From the NCBI GenBank assembly GCA_964203225.1, contig CAXNMK010000002.1, positions 673,664 to 737,663 on the forward strand: a stretch of DNA of 64,000 nt. The letters run 5' to 3'. The position numbers were made by a program, and so were the translations under genes. Under the pieces are notes generated by a model. It saw only the letters and a list, made by a program, of their open reading frames with translations, made no database searches and had not been told where the DNA came from. Numbering within the stretch: position 1 is the first letter of the stretch; every line of letters starts with the position of its first letter. The stretch is from Kofleriaceae bacterium. GTDB taxonomy: Bacteria > Myxococcota_A > Polyangia > Haliangiales > Haliangiaceae. Positions 38,642 through 51,351 of this stretch are shown piece by piece.

Positions 38642-39499
38642 ATGAAGAGCATGACGGGGTTCGGCCGCGGGACCGCCGTGGCCGCGGGCGTGCGCGCGAC
38701 GGTGGACATCCGCACCGTCAACCACCGGTTCCTCGATCTCAAGCTGCGCGGCGCCCCCCTCGCCCCGGCGGTCGAGGAGGCGGTCGCGACCCGGATCCGG
38801 GCGGCGCTCGAGCGCGGTGCGGTCAGCGTGACCATCCACGTCACCCACGAGGGCGCGGCCGCCGGCCCGGCGATCGATGCCGCGGTCGCGGAGCGCGTCC
38901 ACCGCCAGCTCGCGGACCTCGCGGCGCGGCTCGGGACCGCGCCCCCGGACCTCGCGCTCGTGATCGCCCAGCCCGGCGTGCTGGTGACCCAGGAGCGCAC
39001 CGATGACGATCCGCCGGTGCTGCCCGCGCTCGATGCCGCGCTCGCCCAGCTCGGCGAGATGCGTCTCGCCGAGGGCGCGGCCCTCGCGGCCGAGCTGACC
39101 GCGCGGCTCGACACGCTGACCGCACTCCGCGTGCAGGTGGCCACGGTCGCCGCGACGGTGCCCCAGCAGCTGACCCGCCGGCTGCACGAGCGCGTCCGCC
39201 GGCTGCTCGACGACATCGAGGTCGAGCCCGCGCGCCTGGCGCAGGAGGTGGCGCTGCTCGCCGATCGGTCGGACGTCACCGAGGAGCTGGTCCGGCTCGC
39301 CAGCCACCTCGACCAGGCCCGCGCGCTGGTCGCCGGGCCGGGGTCGGCCGGCCGCCGGCTCGACTTCCTGATCCAGGAGATTGGCCGCGAACTCAACACG
39401 ATCGGCAGCAAGTCCGCGGTCACCGAGATCAGCACCACGATCGTCGAGGGCAAGGCCGTCCTCGAGAAGATCCGCGAGCAGGTCCAGAACGTCGAGTGA
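38642..39499 (+). CDS. yicC: YicC-family stress-induced protein (YicC N-terminal plus DUF1732)
   Basis: MKSMTGFGRG N-terminus and ...LDFLIQEIGRELNTIGSK... C-terminal motif. Confidence 0.85.
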   Translation: MKSMTGFGRGTAVAAGVRATVDIRTVNHRFLDLKLRGAPLAPAVEEAVATRIRAALERGAVSVTIHVTHEGAAAGPAIDAAVAERVHRQLADLAARLGTAPPDLALVIAQPGVLVTQERTDDDPPVLPALDAALAQLGEMRLAEGAALAAELTARLDTLTALRVQVATVAATVPQQLTRRLHERVRRLLDDIEVEPARLAQEVALLADRSDVTEELVRLASHLDQARALVAGPGSAGRRLDFLIQEIGRELNTIGSKSAVTEISTTIVEGKAVLEKIREQVQNVE

Positions 39500-40248
39500 T
39501 CACGGGCGATCCCAGCGCGCGATCCGAGCGCCCGGCGGGAGCACGCGTCGGGGTGGTCGGGTATGATGACGGCGTGACCGACCGTGGCGTCCTCGTGATC
39601 GTCTCGTCGCCCTCCGGGGCCGGCAAGACCACGCTCACTCGTCGGCTTCTGGCCGAGCACCCCGGCCTCGAGTTCTCGGTCTCGCACACCACGCGGCCGA
39701 TGCGCCCGGGTGAGGTCGATGGCCGCGACTACCACTTCGTGTCGCCCGAGACGTTCGAGGGCATGGTCCAGCGCGGCGAGTTCGCGGAGCACGCGTTCGT
39801 CCACGGCAACCGCTACGGCACCGAGATGGCGCCGGTCGAGGCGGCGCTCGCCCGCGGCCGGGACATGATCTTCGATGTCGACTGGCAGGGCGGGGCGGCC
39901 CTGTCCGAGCGCTGGCCGCGAGATTCGCTGAAGATCTTCATCCTCCCGCCGGACCTCGAGACCCTGTCGAATCGGCTCCGTCAGCGCGCCACGGATGCGC
40001 CGGCGATCATCGAGCGGCGGCTGCAGAAGGCCAAGGAAGAGCTCGAGCACTACGACGAGTACCAGCACCTGATCGTCAACGACGATCTCGAGCGCGCGTA
40101 CGCGGTGCTGCGGGCGGTCTACCTGACCCGCCGGTTCGGCAGCGTCGACCGTCCGGAGCTGGCGTACCCGCTCGCCGCGCTCGCGACCGTGGTCGGCGGC
40201 AACGGTGCGGCCGAGGCGCACGCCCGGCACCTCGTCGGCCGCGCGTAG
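39496..40248 (+). CDS. gmk: guanylate kinase
   Basis: GVLVIVSSPSGAGKTTL P-loop and HTTRPMRPGEVDGRDYHFV. The start is GTG 39496 (GTGA overlap with yicC) or GTG 39574. Confidence 0.85.
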   Translation: MITGDPSARSERPAGARVGVVGYDDGVTDRGVLVIVSSPSGAGKTTLTRRLLAEHPGLEFSVSHTTRPMRPGEVDGRDYHFVSPETFEGMVQRGEFAEHAFVHGNRYGTEMAPVEAALARGRDMIFDVDWQGGAALSERWPRDSLKIFILPPDLETLSNRLRQRATDAPAIIERRLQKAKEELEHYDEYQHLIVNDDLERAYAVLRAVYLTRRFGSVDRPELAYPLAALATVVGGNGAAEAHARHLVGRA

Positions 40249-40380
40249 GTCGGCCTGCGACAGCGGTGGAGGCCTCACCTCGCGGCGGCCTGACCTCGCC
40301 GAACGGGCCGGTGGCCGCGGAGTTGGGGCGTGCCGCGGTGCGTGGTACCCTTTCGTTCAGCAGGGTTCGACGCGCCGTAT

Positions 40381-42537
<2,157 letters not shown>

Positions 42538-42586
42538 GCGCCGGAGCGCCGGAGCGCCTGAGCGCCGGCGCGCCGGAGCGCGTGAG
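42538..42586. repeat. 8-bp x6 microsatellite (K)GAGCGC(S) immediately 3' of the relA stop
   Basis: The sequence is GCGCCGGAGCGCCGGAGCGCCTGAGCGCCGGCGCGCCGGAGCGCGTGAGCGC. GAGCGC recurs with 8-nt periodicity. Confidence 0.5.
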
Positions 42587-42598
42587 CGCACGCAAAAA

Positions 42599-42626
42599 AC
42601 GGCCGGAGGCGACAGGCCTCCAGCCG
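42599..42626. terminator. bidirectional intrinsic terminator: ACGGCCGGAGGC-GACA-GCCTCCAGCCGT
   Basis: 12-bp stem (one mismatch) with GACA loop. A6 precedes it, giving U6 on the minus-strand transcript, and TTGTT follows it. It lies between convergent relA and the small minus-strand gene. Confidence 0.6.
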
Positions 42627-42652
42627 TTGTTCCGGCAGCGCCGGCGAACAGG

Positions 42653-42811
42653 TCAGATCTTGGGGGTGGGCTGGCCGGGCTCGCCCAGGCCGGCGAACAG
42701 CTCGGCCGTCGACGACGTCGACTTGCGGGCGAGCTTGTTCTTGCGGCGACGACCCGCCTTCTCGTGCTTGTTCTTGCGCTTGACGGTCGTGGCTTTGGTG
42801 TTTGACGCCAT
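42653..42811 (-). CDS. 52-aa lysine/arginine-rich small protein (not in the ORF track)
   Basis: Reverse translation: MASNTKATTVKRKNKHEKAGRRRKNKLARKSTSSTAELFAGLGEPGQPTPKI. ATG with a GAGG Shine-Dalgarno-like sequence upstream. Its TGA stop sits 27 nt before the bidirectional terminator hairpin. Confidence 0.45.
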   Translation of the reverse strand: MASNTKATTVKRKNKHEKAGRRRKNKLARKSTSSTAELFAGLGEPGQPTPKI

Positions 42812-43000
42812 GGGAAACCTCGGAGTGGAGCGGGGGTTCTAGCCTTCCTGGAGGCTGGTTGTCAACGACACGGGGCGCCCCGACGGGGGACAGCGTCGTT
42901 TGCTTTCCACCGCCGTTATCCATACGATTCGGTCGATTGTGCGGTCGTGCGGTGCCCCCTGGGCACCCGCGGGCCTGGCACCCCGAACAAGGACGCGTCG

Positions 43001-44717
43001 ATGAAACTCTGCCCGAAGTGCCAGAAGCAGTTCAGCGATGACGCGAACTTCTGCCCCGTCGACGCGGCCCGCCTCCACCCGATCGAGGCCCAGGCGCAGG
43101 GGCCCGATCCTCTGGCCGCGCGGTTCGAGCTCGGGCCCCGCCTCGGCGGCGGGCGCACCGGCGTCGTGCAGCGCGCCACCGACAAGCAGGCCGGCGGCGC
43201 GGCGGTGGCGATCAAGCTGGTCGCGCCCGCCGTGCTGGCGCTCCCGGGCGTGGCCCAGCGCCTCGAGCGCGAGCTCAAACAGCTCGAGCGCGTGCAGAGC
43301 AGCGGCGTCGCGTGCGTGCTGGCCTCGGGCAAGCGCGGCGACCAGACCTGGATCGCCACCGAACTGGTCGAGGGCGGCCAGACCCTGGCGCAGGCGATCA
43401 CCGCGCGCGGGCCGATCCCGCTCCAGCAGGCCGCCCACCTGATCGAGGTCGTCGGCGAGGCCCTGATCGAGGCTGCCCAGGTCGGCGTGGTCCACCGCGA
43501 TCTCGCGCCCAAGAACATCATGTTCGTCGGGCAGGACATCAAGGTCATCAACTTCTGCCTGCCCGTCCCGACGAGCGACAAGGTCCCGGGCGTGCCCGAG
43601 TTCGTCGCGCCCGAGCAGGTCGACGGCAAGCCGGTCGATCAGCGCTCGAACCTGTACTCCCTCGGCGCGCTCTACTACTACGTGCTGACCGGGTCCCCCG
43701 TGCACGCGGGCTCCGTCGACGAGGTGCACCGCGCGCACGTGGGCAGCGCGATCCGCACGCCGTCGTCGCTGGCGCCCGTGCCCGCGCCCGTCGAGGCGCT
43801 GATCATGCGCGCGCTCGACAAGAGTCCGACCAAGCGGTTTCTGACAGTGCGCCAGTTCGTCGACGAGGTCACGCGCGTGGCCAAGGGCGAGTTCGACCCG
43901 AAGTCGACCCAGCCGATGGGCACGATCGGCCGCCCCAAGGCCGAGCTCGTGCAAACCCTCCTCGGGTTCCGCACCGACCTGCCGTCCACCGGCACGCCGG
44001 CCGTGGCCGCGTCGGTCGCCGGCGCCCCGGTCTCGATCCCCGTGATCGCGTGGCCCGCCGAGGCTCCCGCGATGCCGGCGCCGGTCGCCGCGGCGTCGCC
44101 GTCCGCGGTCGCCGCGCCGGTCGCCGCAGCGGGCGCCGAGCGACTCGCCGTGGGCGCCGCCGCGCGCAGGCGCTCGACCCCGGGCTGGCTCCCACGCCCG
44201 CGGCGCCCGCGCCGGTGGTGGCGGCGCCGGTGGTGGCGCGGCCGGTGGTGGCGGCGCCGGTGGTGGCGGCGCCGGTGGTGGCGGCGCCGGTGGTGCGCCG
44301 CCGGTGGTGGCCAGCAAGAAGAAGGGCGAGGACGGCAAAGGCGCCAGGGGCCGGTTCCGCGAGACCCTGTGGTTCAAGAAGGGCGAGCTCGACGCCACGG
44401 CGGCGGATGCCGCCGCCGAGGAGCGCGCGCGCACCGGCAAGGATGGTGCCCCCGACAAGGCCGACTCGCTACCGATCGAGGATCGCTACAAGGATGACGG
44501 CTCGCTGTCGCGCGGCGACAAAGAGAAGTACAGCGTCAAGACCGGCGCCACCGAGATGATGCCGACGATCAAGGACGCAGGCGCTAGCCAGAGCATCGCG
44601 CGGGTCTCCGAGGACGCGCTGATCGACGAGATGAAGGGCGGTCGACGGAAGGTGATCGCGCTGATCCTCGTCGGCGTGGCGCTGATCGGCGCGCTGATCG
44701 TCTGGATCGCGCTCTAG
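43001..44717 (+). CDS. Ser/Thr kinase-like protein with N-terminal zinc ribbon and C-terminal TM anchor; reading frame interrupted within a GC-rich tandem repeat (44150-44300)
   Basis: MKLCPKCQKQFSDDANFCPVD zinc ribbon. Kinase core with HRDLAPKNIMF but no DFG (INFCL). The kinase frame degenerates into RRWWRRRWW. The other two frames read APVVA x5 or AGGGG x5 and lead into the ORF 44304..44717 (...RFRETLWFKKGELD...VIALILVGVALIGALIVWIAL). Confidence 0.6.
44211..44300. repeat. 15-bp x6 tandem repeat GCCGGTGGTGGCGGC (last unit degenerate)
   Basis: Read directly. The units begin at 44211, 44226, 44241, 44256, 44271 and 44286. Confidence 0.85.
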
Positions 44718-44735
44718 CGTCGCCGGGGGCGCCGC

Positions 44736-45596
44736 TCAGGCGGCCGTGACGACGCTGCGGTGGTCGTCGGTCGGCGTTGGACTCGTGTTCGCCACCAGGT
44801 CGATCTCGCCCTTGGCGCACAGCGCGGCGCACTCGACCACGAGGTCGGGGTGGGCCGCGGCGACACCGATCGTCAGGACCTCGCGCGCCAGCAGATCGCC
44901 GGGCAGGGCGACCACGGTGCCGGCGGGCGCGAGCACCGTCAGCGTCGCGCGCGGGCCCGCGAGCGCTGCGGCGATCACGGCCCCGGCCGGGGTGGTCGCG
45001 AGCAGGCGCCACGGGCGCGCGCCCAGTCCCTGCTGCGCGAACGCGTCGACGATGGCGGGGCGCACCGCGGCCGCGGCGGTGCCGGACGCGACCACGGCGC
45101 CGGCGCCGGTCAGCCATGCGGTCCACGCGGTGGCAGCCGGGTCTGCGACGACGACGGGTGTGATGCCCTTCTGGCGCAGCACCAGGACCAGCAAGCGCGT
45201 CACCGCCGAGGCGCCAGCCAGCACGACGGGCTCACGCGCCGCGACACCGGTCCGCGCGTACAGCGTGTACGCGACGGCGAGGTCGCCGGGGACCGCGGCG
45301 GCCGCGGGCACCGGCAGGTCCGCCAGCCCATCCTCGAGCGGCACCAGCCAGCGGCCCTTGGCGATCCAGCGCACACCGGCCGGCGCCGTCCGGTGACGCG
45401 CCAGTGGGCACACCGGGGCACCGCCGCGGCGGCACACCTCACACTCCCCGCACGCGTCGACCGCGCCGACCAGCACGGTGCGGCCGGCGAGAGCGGTGGC
45501 GCGGTGACCGGCCTCGACGACCCGACCAACACCGACCTCGCCCTGCGTCGCGATCAGCTCGAGCGCGACATCGTCATCCCCAGGAGCGGCGCTCAC
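44736..45596 (-). CDS. zinc-binding alcohol dehydrogenase / MDR-superfamily oxidoreductase
   Basis: GAVDACGECEVCRRGGAPVCP structural-zinc motif and a Rossmann segment VVLAGASAVTRLLVLVL. Confidence 0.75.
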   Translation of the reverse strand: MSAAPGDDDVALELIATQGEVGVGRVVEAGHRATALAGRTVLVGAVDACGECEVCRRGGAPVCPLARHRTAPAGVRWIAKGRWLVPLEDGLADLPVPAAAAVPGDLAVAYTLYARTGVAAREPVVLAGASAVTRLLVLVLRQKGITPVVVADPAATAWTAWLTGAGAVVASGTAAAAVRPAIVDAFAQQGLGARPWRLLATTPAGAVIAAALAGPRATLTVLAPAGTVVALPGDLLAREVLTIGVAAAHPDLVVECAALCAKGEIDLVANTSPTPTDDHRSVVTAA

Positions 45597-46000
45597 CAGT
45601 CGGCTTGATCGGCGGCGGCGCGGGGCGCGGGCTGCTCCTCGTCGATCTCCGGCGCGCCGGGGATGGCGCCGATCGCCGTGGGCTCGATCTCGGAGCCGAC
45701 GACGTCGTCGTCGGCCACGTACGCGAGCTCGTCGGCCTGGGCCTCGGCCTCGACCTCGCCGTCCGCGGCAGCCTCGTAGGCCTCCTCGACCGGGGCGTCC
45801 TCGACGTAGTCCGCGTCGTCGAGCGACTCGACCACCGACGGCGCGCGCGGCGGCGGCGCGACCGGGGGCGCGGTGCGGGCCGGGCCCGAGCCGGCGCTCG
45901 CACCAGAGCTCGCACCAGGCGTGACCGCACCGGAGGCGGGGAGGCCCTGCTTGCCCCGCCAGCCCTGCAGCGCGGAGACGAGGTCGTCATACGCAATCAT
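45593..46000 (-). CDS. acidic hypothetical protein (135 aa)
   Basis: MIAYDDLVSALQGWRGKQG then a Pro/Ala linker and a very acidic tail. Its stop overlaps the ADH start (ATGA), suggesting an operon. Confidence 0.45.
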   Translation of the reverse strand: MIAYDDLVSALQGWRGKQGLPASGAVTPGASSGASAGSGPARTAPPVAPPPRAPSVVESLDDADYVEDAPVEEAYEAAADGEVEAEAQADELAYVADDDVVGSEIEPTAIGAIPGAPEIDEEQPAPRAAADQADW

Positions 46001-46032
46001 GGTGTCGAGATTACCATGGTAAGCCCGCGGAG

Positions 46033-46827
46033 ATGTCCGAGCTGGCCACCCCGCGCGTGCCGACCCCGACCACCCCGATCGTGATCGGGCGCTCCTCCGT
46101 GATCCCCGCGGTGGGCATCATCCACGGGTTCCCCGAGCGGACCGGTGGGGTGTCCGAGGGGCCACGCGCCTCGCTCAACCTCGGCGTGCGGTGGGGCGAC
46201 GACGCCGAGCGTGTGGCCGCCAACCGCCGTCTGCTCGCCGCCCACGTCGGCTACGATCCGGACCAGCTCCAGGCCACCCGCCACGTGCACGGCACCGGCG
46301 TGTGGATGGTCGGCGAGCCCCTGCCCGACGCCGCCGAGTTCGATGGCCTGGTCTGCGATCGCCCGGGGCCGGTGCTCGGCGCGTTCGCGGCGGACTGCGT
46401 CCCGATGGTGTTCGCCGATCCGGGCGCGCGCGTCGTCGGTGCCGCCCACGCGGGCTGGCGCGGCGCGGCCGCCGGGGTGGCGCTCAACGTGCTGGCCCGG
46501 ATGGCCGAGTGCGGGGCCCGGCCCGCGGACATCCGCGTGGCGCTCGGGCCGTCGATCGGGCCGTGCTGCTTCGAGGTCGGGCCCGACGTGGTCGAGGCGT
46601 TCCGCGCGGCGGTCGGCGACGTGCCCGGCCTGGTCGTCACCGGCGGGGCCAAGCCGCACATCGACCTGCGCGTCGCGCTGCGCGCTCAGCTCGAGCGGGC
46701 CGGCGTCCTGCCCGCGCACATCGACAGCGCCCCGCCGTGCACGCGCTGCGAGGCGGCGCGGTTCTTCAGCTACCGCCGCGACGGGCGCGAGGGCGGCGTG
46801 CACATGGCGTTCATCGGCCTGGTGTAG
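46033..46827 (+). CDS. pgeF: YfiH/PgeF-family multicopper polyphenol oxidoreductase-like protein (DUF152)
   Basis: HGTGVWMV, DGLVCDRPGPVLGAFAADCVPMVFAD and ARFFSYRRDG motifs. Confidence 0.8.
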   Translation: MSELATPRVPTPTTPIVIGRSSVIPAVGIIHGFPERTGGVSEGPRASLNLGVRWGDDAERVAANRRLLAAHVGYDPDQLQATRHVHGTGVWMVGEPLPDAAEFDGLVCDRPGPVLGAFAADCVPMVFADPGARVVGAAHAGWRGAAAGVALNVLARMAECGARPADIRVALGPSIGPCCFEVGPDVVEAFRAAVGDVPGLVVTGGAKPHIDLRVALRAQLERAGVLPAHIDSAPPCTRCEAARFFSYRRDGREGGVHMAFIGLV

Positions 46828-46833
46828 CGCGCG

Positions 46834-48423
46834 TCAGCGGTCGTCGATGGTGATGCCGAAGCCCGGCAGCAGATCGCCGGTCAGCGCCTGCACCACGGTC
46901 TCGGCCTTGTGCCCATCGATCATCGCCTGCGACCGCCGCAGCTCGGCCTGGCGCAGCTCCTCCTGGCGGTTGAGCACGTCGAAGTTCGTGGCCTTGCCCA
47001 GGTTGAACCGGTCGCCCTCGACCTGGATGTTCTCGCTGGCGAGGGCGATCGCGCGCTCGCTGAGGAGGACGCGGCGGCGGGCGAGCTCGAGCTGGGCCAC
47101 GGCGCGCGCCATGGTCTGGGCGATCTGCGCGCGGAGGTCGACGGCGCTCACGGCGAGGCGCTGCCGGCTCGCGCGGAGCTCCCGGGTGCGGCCCTTGATG
47201 TTCTCCTGGCCGAGCGCCTGCTCGTAGGTCAGCGAGCCGACGATCGCGAACGCACCGGGCCGCGCGATGTCGCGCCACGCGCTGCCGAACTGCTCGTTCT
47301 GCACGCGCGGCCCGAGCGTGAGCGCGGCGTCGAGGCGGGGCAGCAGGCCGTTCTCGGTGACCTCGATGTCGAGCTGCGTCGAGGCCTCCTGGGTCGCGAG
47401 CTGCGCGAGCTCGGGGCTGGCGGCGTACGCACGCTCGGTCAGCGCGCCGAGATCCCATGCCTGATCGCGCGTGGCCAGCTCGGGCGTGACGCGGAGCGCG
47501 AGTTCGCCCGCGCCGATCGGCAGGCCGACCGCGCGTCGCAGCACGATCGACCGCTCGAGCACGGCGAGCTCGGCCGACAGCAGGTCCTCCTCGCGGGTCG
47601 CGATGATCTGCTGCACCGCGGGGATCTCGCTGCGGGGGACCTTGCCGCCATCGGTGCCGATCTGGGTGATCCGGAGCCGCTCGCGCGCGAGATCGAGGCT
47701 GGCCTGCGTGATCGCGACCTGGCGCTCGGCCAGGACGAGGTCCCAGTACGCCGACACCACGGTCTGGATCGCCGCGATCGCGGCCGCGCGGCGCGCGAGC
47801 ACGCTGACGTCGCGCGACAGCGTGGCGCGTCGCTCGCTGGCGTCGTAGAGCGCGCGCCCGCGGCCCCGCATCAGCGGCTGGGTGAGCTGGACGTTGAGCT
47901 CGTCGGACCAGTTGGTGTTGATCGAGCTGTCGATCGGCGAGCTCACGCGTGCGTACTCACTGCCGACATGAAGCGTCACGGTGCCGCCGCTCGGCAGCGC
48001 GCGCCCGATGTCGGCGGTCACGCCCACCGTCGTCGACCGGTCGATGCGGAAGCCACTGAAGAACCCCGCGGCGCTCTGCCCGTAGGCCTGCGCGCGCAGC
48101 GTCCAGTCGTCGCGCGACATCGTCTGCTCGATCCTCGCGGCCGCGATCTCGATGTCGATCCTCGCGGTGGCAAGCGCGGGGGCCTGTCGCACGGTGGTGA
48201 CCAGCAGGTCGGGCAGGGTGGTCGCACGCGCGGGCCCGGCCCAGCTCGCGAGATCGTCCGGGCCGGGGGGCGCGGCGCTGCCGCCTCCGCCTCCCCCGTC
48301 ATCCGCCGCGGTGAGGAGGCGACCGAGCACGTCCGCGTGTGCGAGCGAGGGCACCGCTCCGACGAGGAGCGCGAACAGCGCGGGGTAACCAGCTCGGACG
48401 GGCCGCATCGGCGAGCGCATCAT
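46834..48423 (-). CDS. TolC-family outer membrane efflux protein
   Basis: Signal peptide, then two OEP repeats rich in coiled-coil segments ([25 protein letters not shown]...; ...[31 protein letters not shown]). Confidence 0.8.
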   Translation of the reverse strand: MMRSPMRPVRAGYPALFALLVGAVPSLAHADVLGRLLTAADDGGGGGGSAAPPGPDDLASWAGPARATTLPDLLVTTVRQAPALATARIDIEIAAARIEQTMSRDDWTLRAQAYGQSAAGFFSGFRIDRSTTVGVTADIGRALPSGGTVTLHVGSEYARVSSPIDSSINTNWSDELNVQLTQPLMRGRGRALYDASERRATLSRDVSVLARRAAAIAAIQTVVSAYWDLVLAERQVAITQASLDLARERLRITQIGTDGGKVPRSEIPAVQQIIATREEDLLSAELAVLERSIVLRRAVGLPIGAGELALRVTPELATRDQAWDLGALTERAYAASPELAQLATQEASTQLDIEVTENGLLPRLDAALTLGPRVQNEQFGSAWRDIARPGAFAIVGSLTYEQALGQENIKGRTRELRASRQRLAVSAVDLRAQIAQTMARAVAQLELARRRVLLSERAIALASENIQVEGDRFNLGKATNFDVLNRQEELRQAELRRSQAMIDGHKAETVVQALTGDLLPGFGITIDDR

Positions 48424-48570
48424 GGCACGTGGTCCCGGGGGGCGCAGCTACGACAACCTGCGACCCTGGCGGTGATCGGTGCCGTGGTCCAGGTGACTCC
48501 AGGGGACGCGCGGATCTGCCACGCAGCCGTTGGACCTCCGCGATCGGGGCGTGTTAGCGTCGTCCGCACA

Positions 48571-49209
48571 GTGGCAACGGTCCTGCGCACGTACTGCTTC
48601 CTCGACGCGCTGCAGCCGCAGCAGGCGACGTTCATCGGCAAGACCGCGCGCGGCTTCTTGCCGGTGCCGTTCCAGGCGTCGCTGTGGGTGGAGATCGCCC
48701 CGGGCATCGCGATCAACCAGGTGACGGACGCGGCGCTCAAGGCGACCGCGGTCCAGCCGGCGGTCCAGGTCGTCGAGCGCGCCTACGGCCTGCTCGAGGT
48801 GCACCACCACGACAAGGGCGAGGTCCTCGCGGCCGGCGCCACCATCCTCAAGTACCTCGGGGTCGAGGAGGGCCAGCGCCTCAAGCCGAAGGTGCTGACC
48901 AACCAGATCATCCGTGGCGTCGAGGCCTACCAGACGCAGATCATCAACCGCTCGAGCGCGGGCATGATGGTGCTGCCGGGCCAGTCGCTGTTCATCTTCG
49001 AATGCGAGCCCGCCGGCTACGCGGTGCTCGCGGCGAACGAGGCGGAGAAGGCGGCCCAGGTCAACCTGGTCAACGTCACTCCGTACGGCGCGTTCGGCCG
49101 CCTCTACATGGCGGGCTCCGAGGCCGAGATCGATGCGGCGGCGGCGGCGGCGACGGCTGCCCTGAATGCCGTCACGGGCAAAGAGCCCGACAAGTTCGTC
49201 GACCGCTAG
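48571..49209 (+). CDS. bacterial microcompartment tandem-domain shell protein, permuted (BMC-T, CcmP-like)
   Basis: 212 aa. It has two BMC-like halves ([28 protein letters not shown]... and ...[56 protein letters not shown]). The GTG start is assigned by frame and the N-terminus is uncertain. Confidence 0.65.
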   Translation: MATVLRTYCFLDALQPQQATFIGKTARGFLPVPFQASLWVEIAPGIAINQVTDAALKATAVQPAVQVVERAYGLLEVHHHDKGEVLAAGATILKYLGVEEGQRLKPKVLTNQIIRGVEAYQTQIINRSSAGMMVLPGQSLFIFECEPAGYAVLAANEAEKAAQVNLVNVTPYGAFGRLYMAGSEAEIDAAAAAATAALNAVTGKEPDKFVDR

Positions 49210-49279
49210 GTCGGCACCCACGGTTTTTCGTCTGCGTGACGTAGTGATGACGGCCGCTAAGGCTCGATAGGAGAACGCG

Positions 49280-49573
<294 letters not shown>

Positions 49574-49861
49574 ATGGTCCTCGGGAAGGTCATCGGCACG
49601 CTCGTCGCGAGCCGCAAGGAGCCGACGCTCGAGGGCCTCAAGCTCCTCGTGGTCCGCGCCTGCGACGTCGACGGGAATGCCACGGGCTCGGTCGCGATCG
49701 CCGTCGACGCTGTCGGCGCGGGTCTCGGAGAGGTCGTGCTGTACTGCGCCGGCTCGTCCGCGCGCCAGACCCAGGTGACCCAGAACCGGCCGGTCGACGC
49801 CACCATCATGGCGATCGTCGACCAGATCGCCATCGAGGGCGAGAACCGATACGTGAAGTGA
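49574..49861 (+). CDS. bacterial microcompartment vertex pentamer (BMC-P, EutN/CcmL family)
   Basis: [27 protein letters not shown]...[27 protein letters not shown] fits the EutN_CcmL fold. It starts 1 nt after the BMC-H stop. Confidence 0.8.
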   Translation: MVLGKVIGTLVASRKEPTLEGLKLLVVRACDVDGNATGSVAIAVDAVGAGLGEVVLYCAGSSARQTQVTQNRPVDATIMAIVDQIAIEGENRYVK

Positions 49862-49899
49862 CGCGCTGACCGGGCGCGCGGCGCCAGGTCGCACGCGGG

Positions 49900-51351
49900 G
49901 TGATCATGCTCAACGACGCCAAGATCGACGAGATCGTCTCGCGCGTGCTCGAGCGGCTCGGTGGGGCAGGGGCCACGGCCGCGCCCGGCCGACCGGCGAG
50001 CCAGCCCGAGGCACCGGCCTCCGGGCCGAACATCCCGCGCGGCACCAACGGGGTGTTCGCCGATGCCGATGCGGCGGCCAAGGCCGCCCGGCGAGCATTC
50101 GAGCAGAACGAGCGGCTGCCGGTGGGCACCCGCTCCAAGATGGTCGCGGCGATGCGCCAGGTCACCCTCGCCAACAACGAGGCCCTGGCGCGTTACGCCG
50201 TCGAGGAGACCGGGCTCGGGCGGTACGAGGACAAGCTGTCCAAGAACCGCCTGGTCGCCGAGAAGACGCCGGGCGTCGAGATCCTTCGGCCGGTGTGCTT
50301 CACCGGTGACGACGGGCTGATGATCACCGAGCGCGCTCCGTACGGCGTGATCCTCGCGGTCACCCCGACGACCAACCCGACCGAGACCATCCTCAACAAC
50401 GCGATCGGCATGGTCGCGGCGGGGAACGCGGTCGTGTTCAACGTGCACCCGTCCGCGGCGCGCACGAGCAACTACTTCGTCCACCTCCTCAACGAGGCGA
50501 TCCAGGGCGCGGGCGGCCCGCGCGACGTGATCTGCACGGTCGAGAAGCCCACGGTCGACAGCGCGCAGGTGCTGATGAAGCACCCGCTGGTCCGGCTGGT
50601 GGTCGTGACCGGCGGGCCGGTCGTCGTCAAGAGCGCGATGAACTCCGGCAAGAAGTGCATCGCCGCCGGCCCGGGCAACCCGCCCGCGGTCGTCGACGAC
50701 ACCGCCAACCTCGCCAAGGCCGCCGACGCGATCGTCCGCGGCGCGACGCTCGACAACAACATCGTCTGCATCGCCGAGAAGGAGATCGTCGCGGTCGACG
50801 CGATCGCCTCCGAGCTGATCCGCCAGCTCCAGAAGCAGCCGGTGCTGCTGCTCGATCAGCGGCAGACCAAGGAGCTGGAGAAGGTCCTGCTCGAGGGCGA
50901 CCACGTCAACAAGGCGTGGGTCGGCAAGGACGCGGGCGTGATCGCCAAGGCGATCGGCATCAACGGCCATGGCCACGATCTCCGCATGATCCTGTGCGAG
51001 GTCGACGAGCAGCACCCGTTCGTCCAGCACGAGCTGCTGATGCCCGTGATCCCGCTGTTCCGGGTCAAGGACACCGCCGATGGGATCGCCGCGGCGCTCC
51101 GCGTGGAGCACGGCTTCCACCACACCGCGACCATGCACTCGACCAACGTCGACAACATGTCGGCGATGGCGCGCGTGTGCAACGCGAGCATCTTCGTCAA
51201 GAACGACGCCTCCTACGCCGGGCTCGCGCTCGGTGGCGAGGGCTACACCTCGTTCACGATCGCGAGCCCGACGGGCGAGGGCCTGACCACGGCCGTGCAC
51301 TTCTCGCGCGAGCGACGGTGCACGCTCAAGGAAGCCTTCCGGTTCGTATGA
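49900..51351 (+). CDS. CoA-acylating aldehyde dehydrogenase (EutE/PduP family) with N-terminal encapsulation peptide
   Basis: N-terminal amphipathic helix [13 protein letters not shown] followed by a linker. The ALDH core has the motifs [25 protein letters not shown] and [15 protein letters not shown]. Confidence 0.85.
   Translation: MIMLNDAKIDEIVSRVLERLGGAGATAAPGRPASQPEAPASGPNIPRGTNGVFADADAAAKAARRAFEQNERLPVGTRSKMVAAMRQVTLANNEALARYAVEETGLGRYEDKLSKNRLVAEKTPGVEILRPVCFTGDDGLMITERAPYGVILAVTPTTNPTETILNNAIGMVAAGNAVVFNVHPSAARTSNYFVHLLNEAIQGAGGPRDVICTVEKPTVDSAQVLMKHPLVRLVVVTGGPVVVKSAMNSGKKCIAAGPGNPPAVVDDTANLAKAADAIVRGATLDNNIVCIAEKEIVAVDAIASELIRQLQKQPVLLLDQRQTKELEKVLLEGDHVNKAWVGKDAGVIAKAIGINGHGHDLRMILCEVDEQHPFVQHELLMPVIPLFRVKDTADGIAAALRVEHGFHHTATMHSTNVDNMSAMARVCNASIFVKNDASYAGLALGGEGYTSFTIASPTGEGLTTAVHFSRERRCTLKEAFRFV

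Noticed and set aside
48455-48480. Candidate sigma-54 promoter CTGGCGGTGATCGGTGCC upstream of the BMC locus
   Set aside because: GG to GC spacing is 11 rather than 10 and both elements deviate from consensus. It cannot be supported without a scanner.
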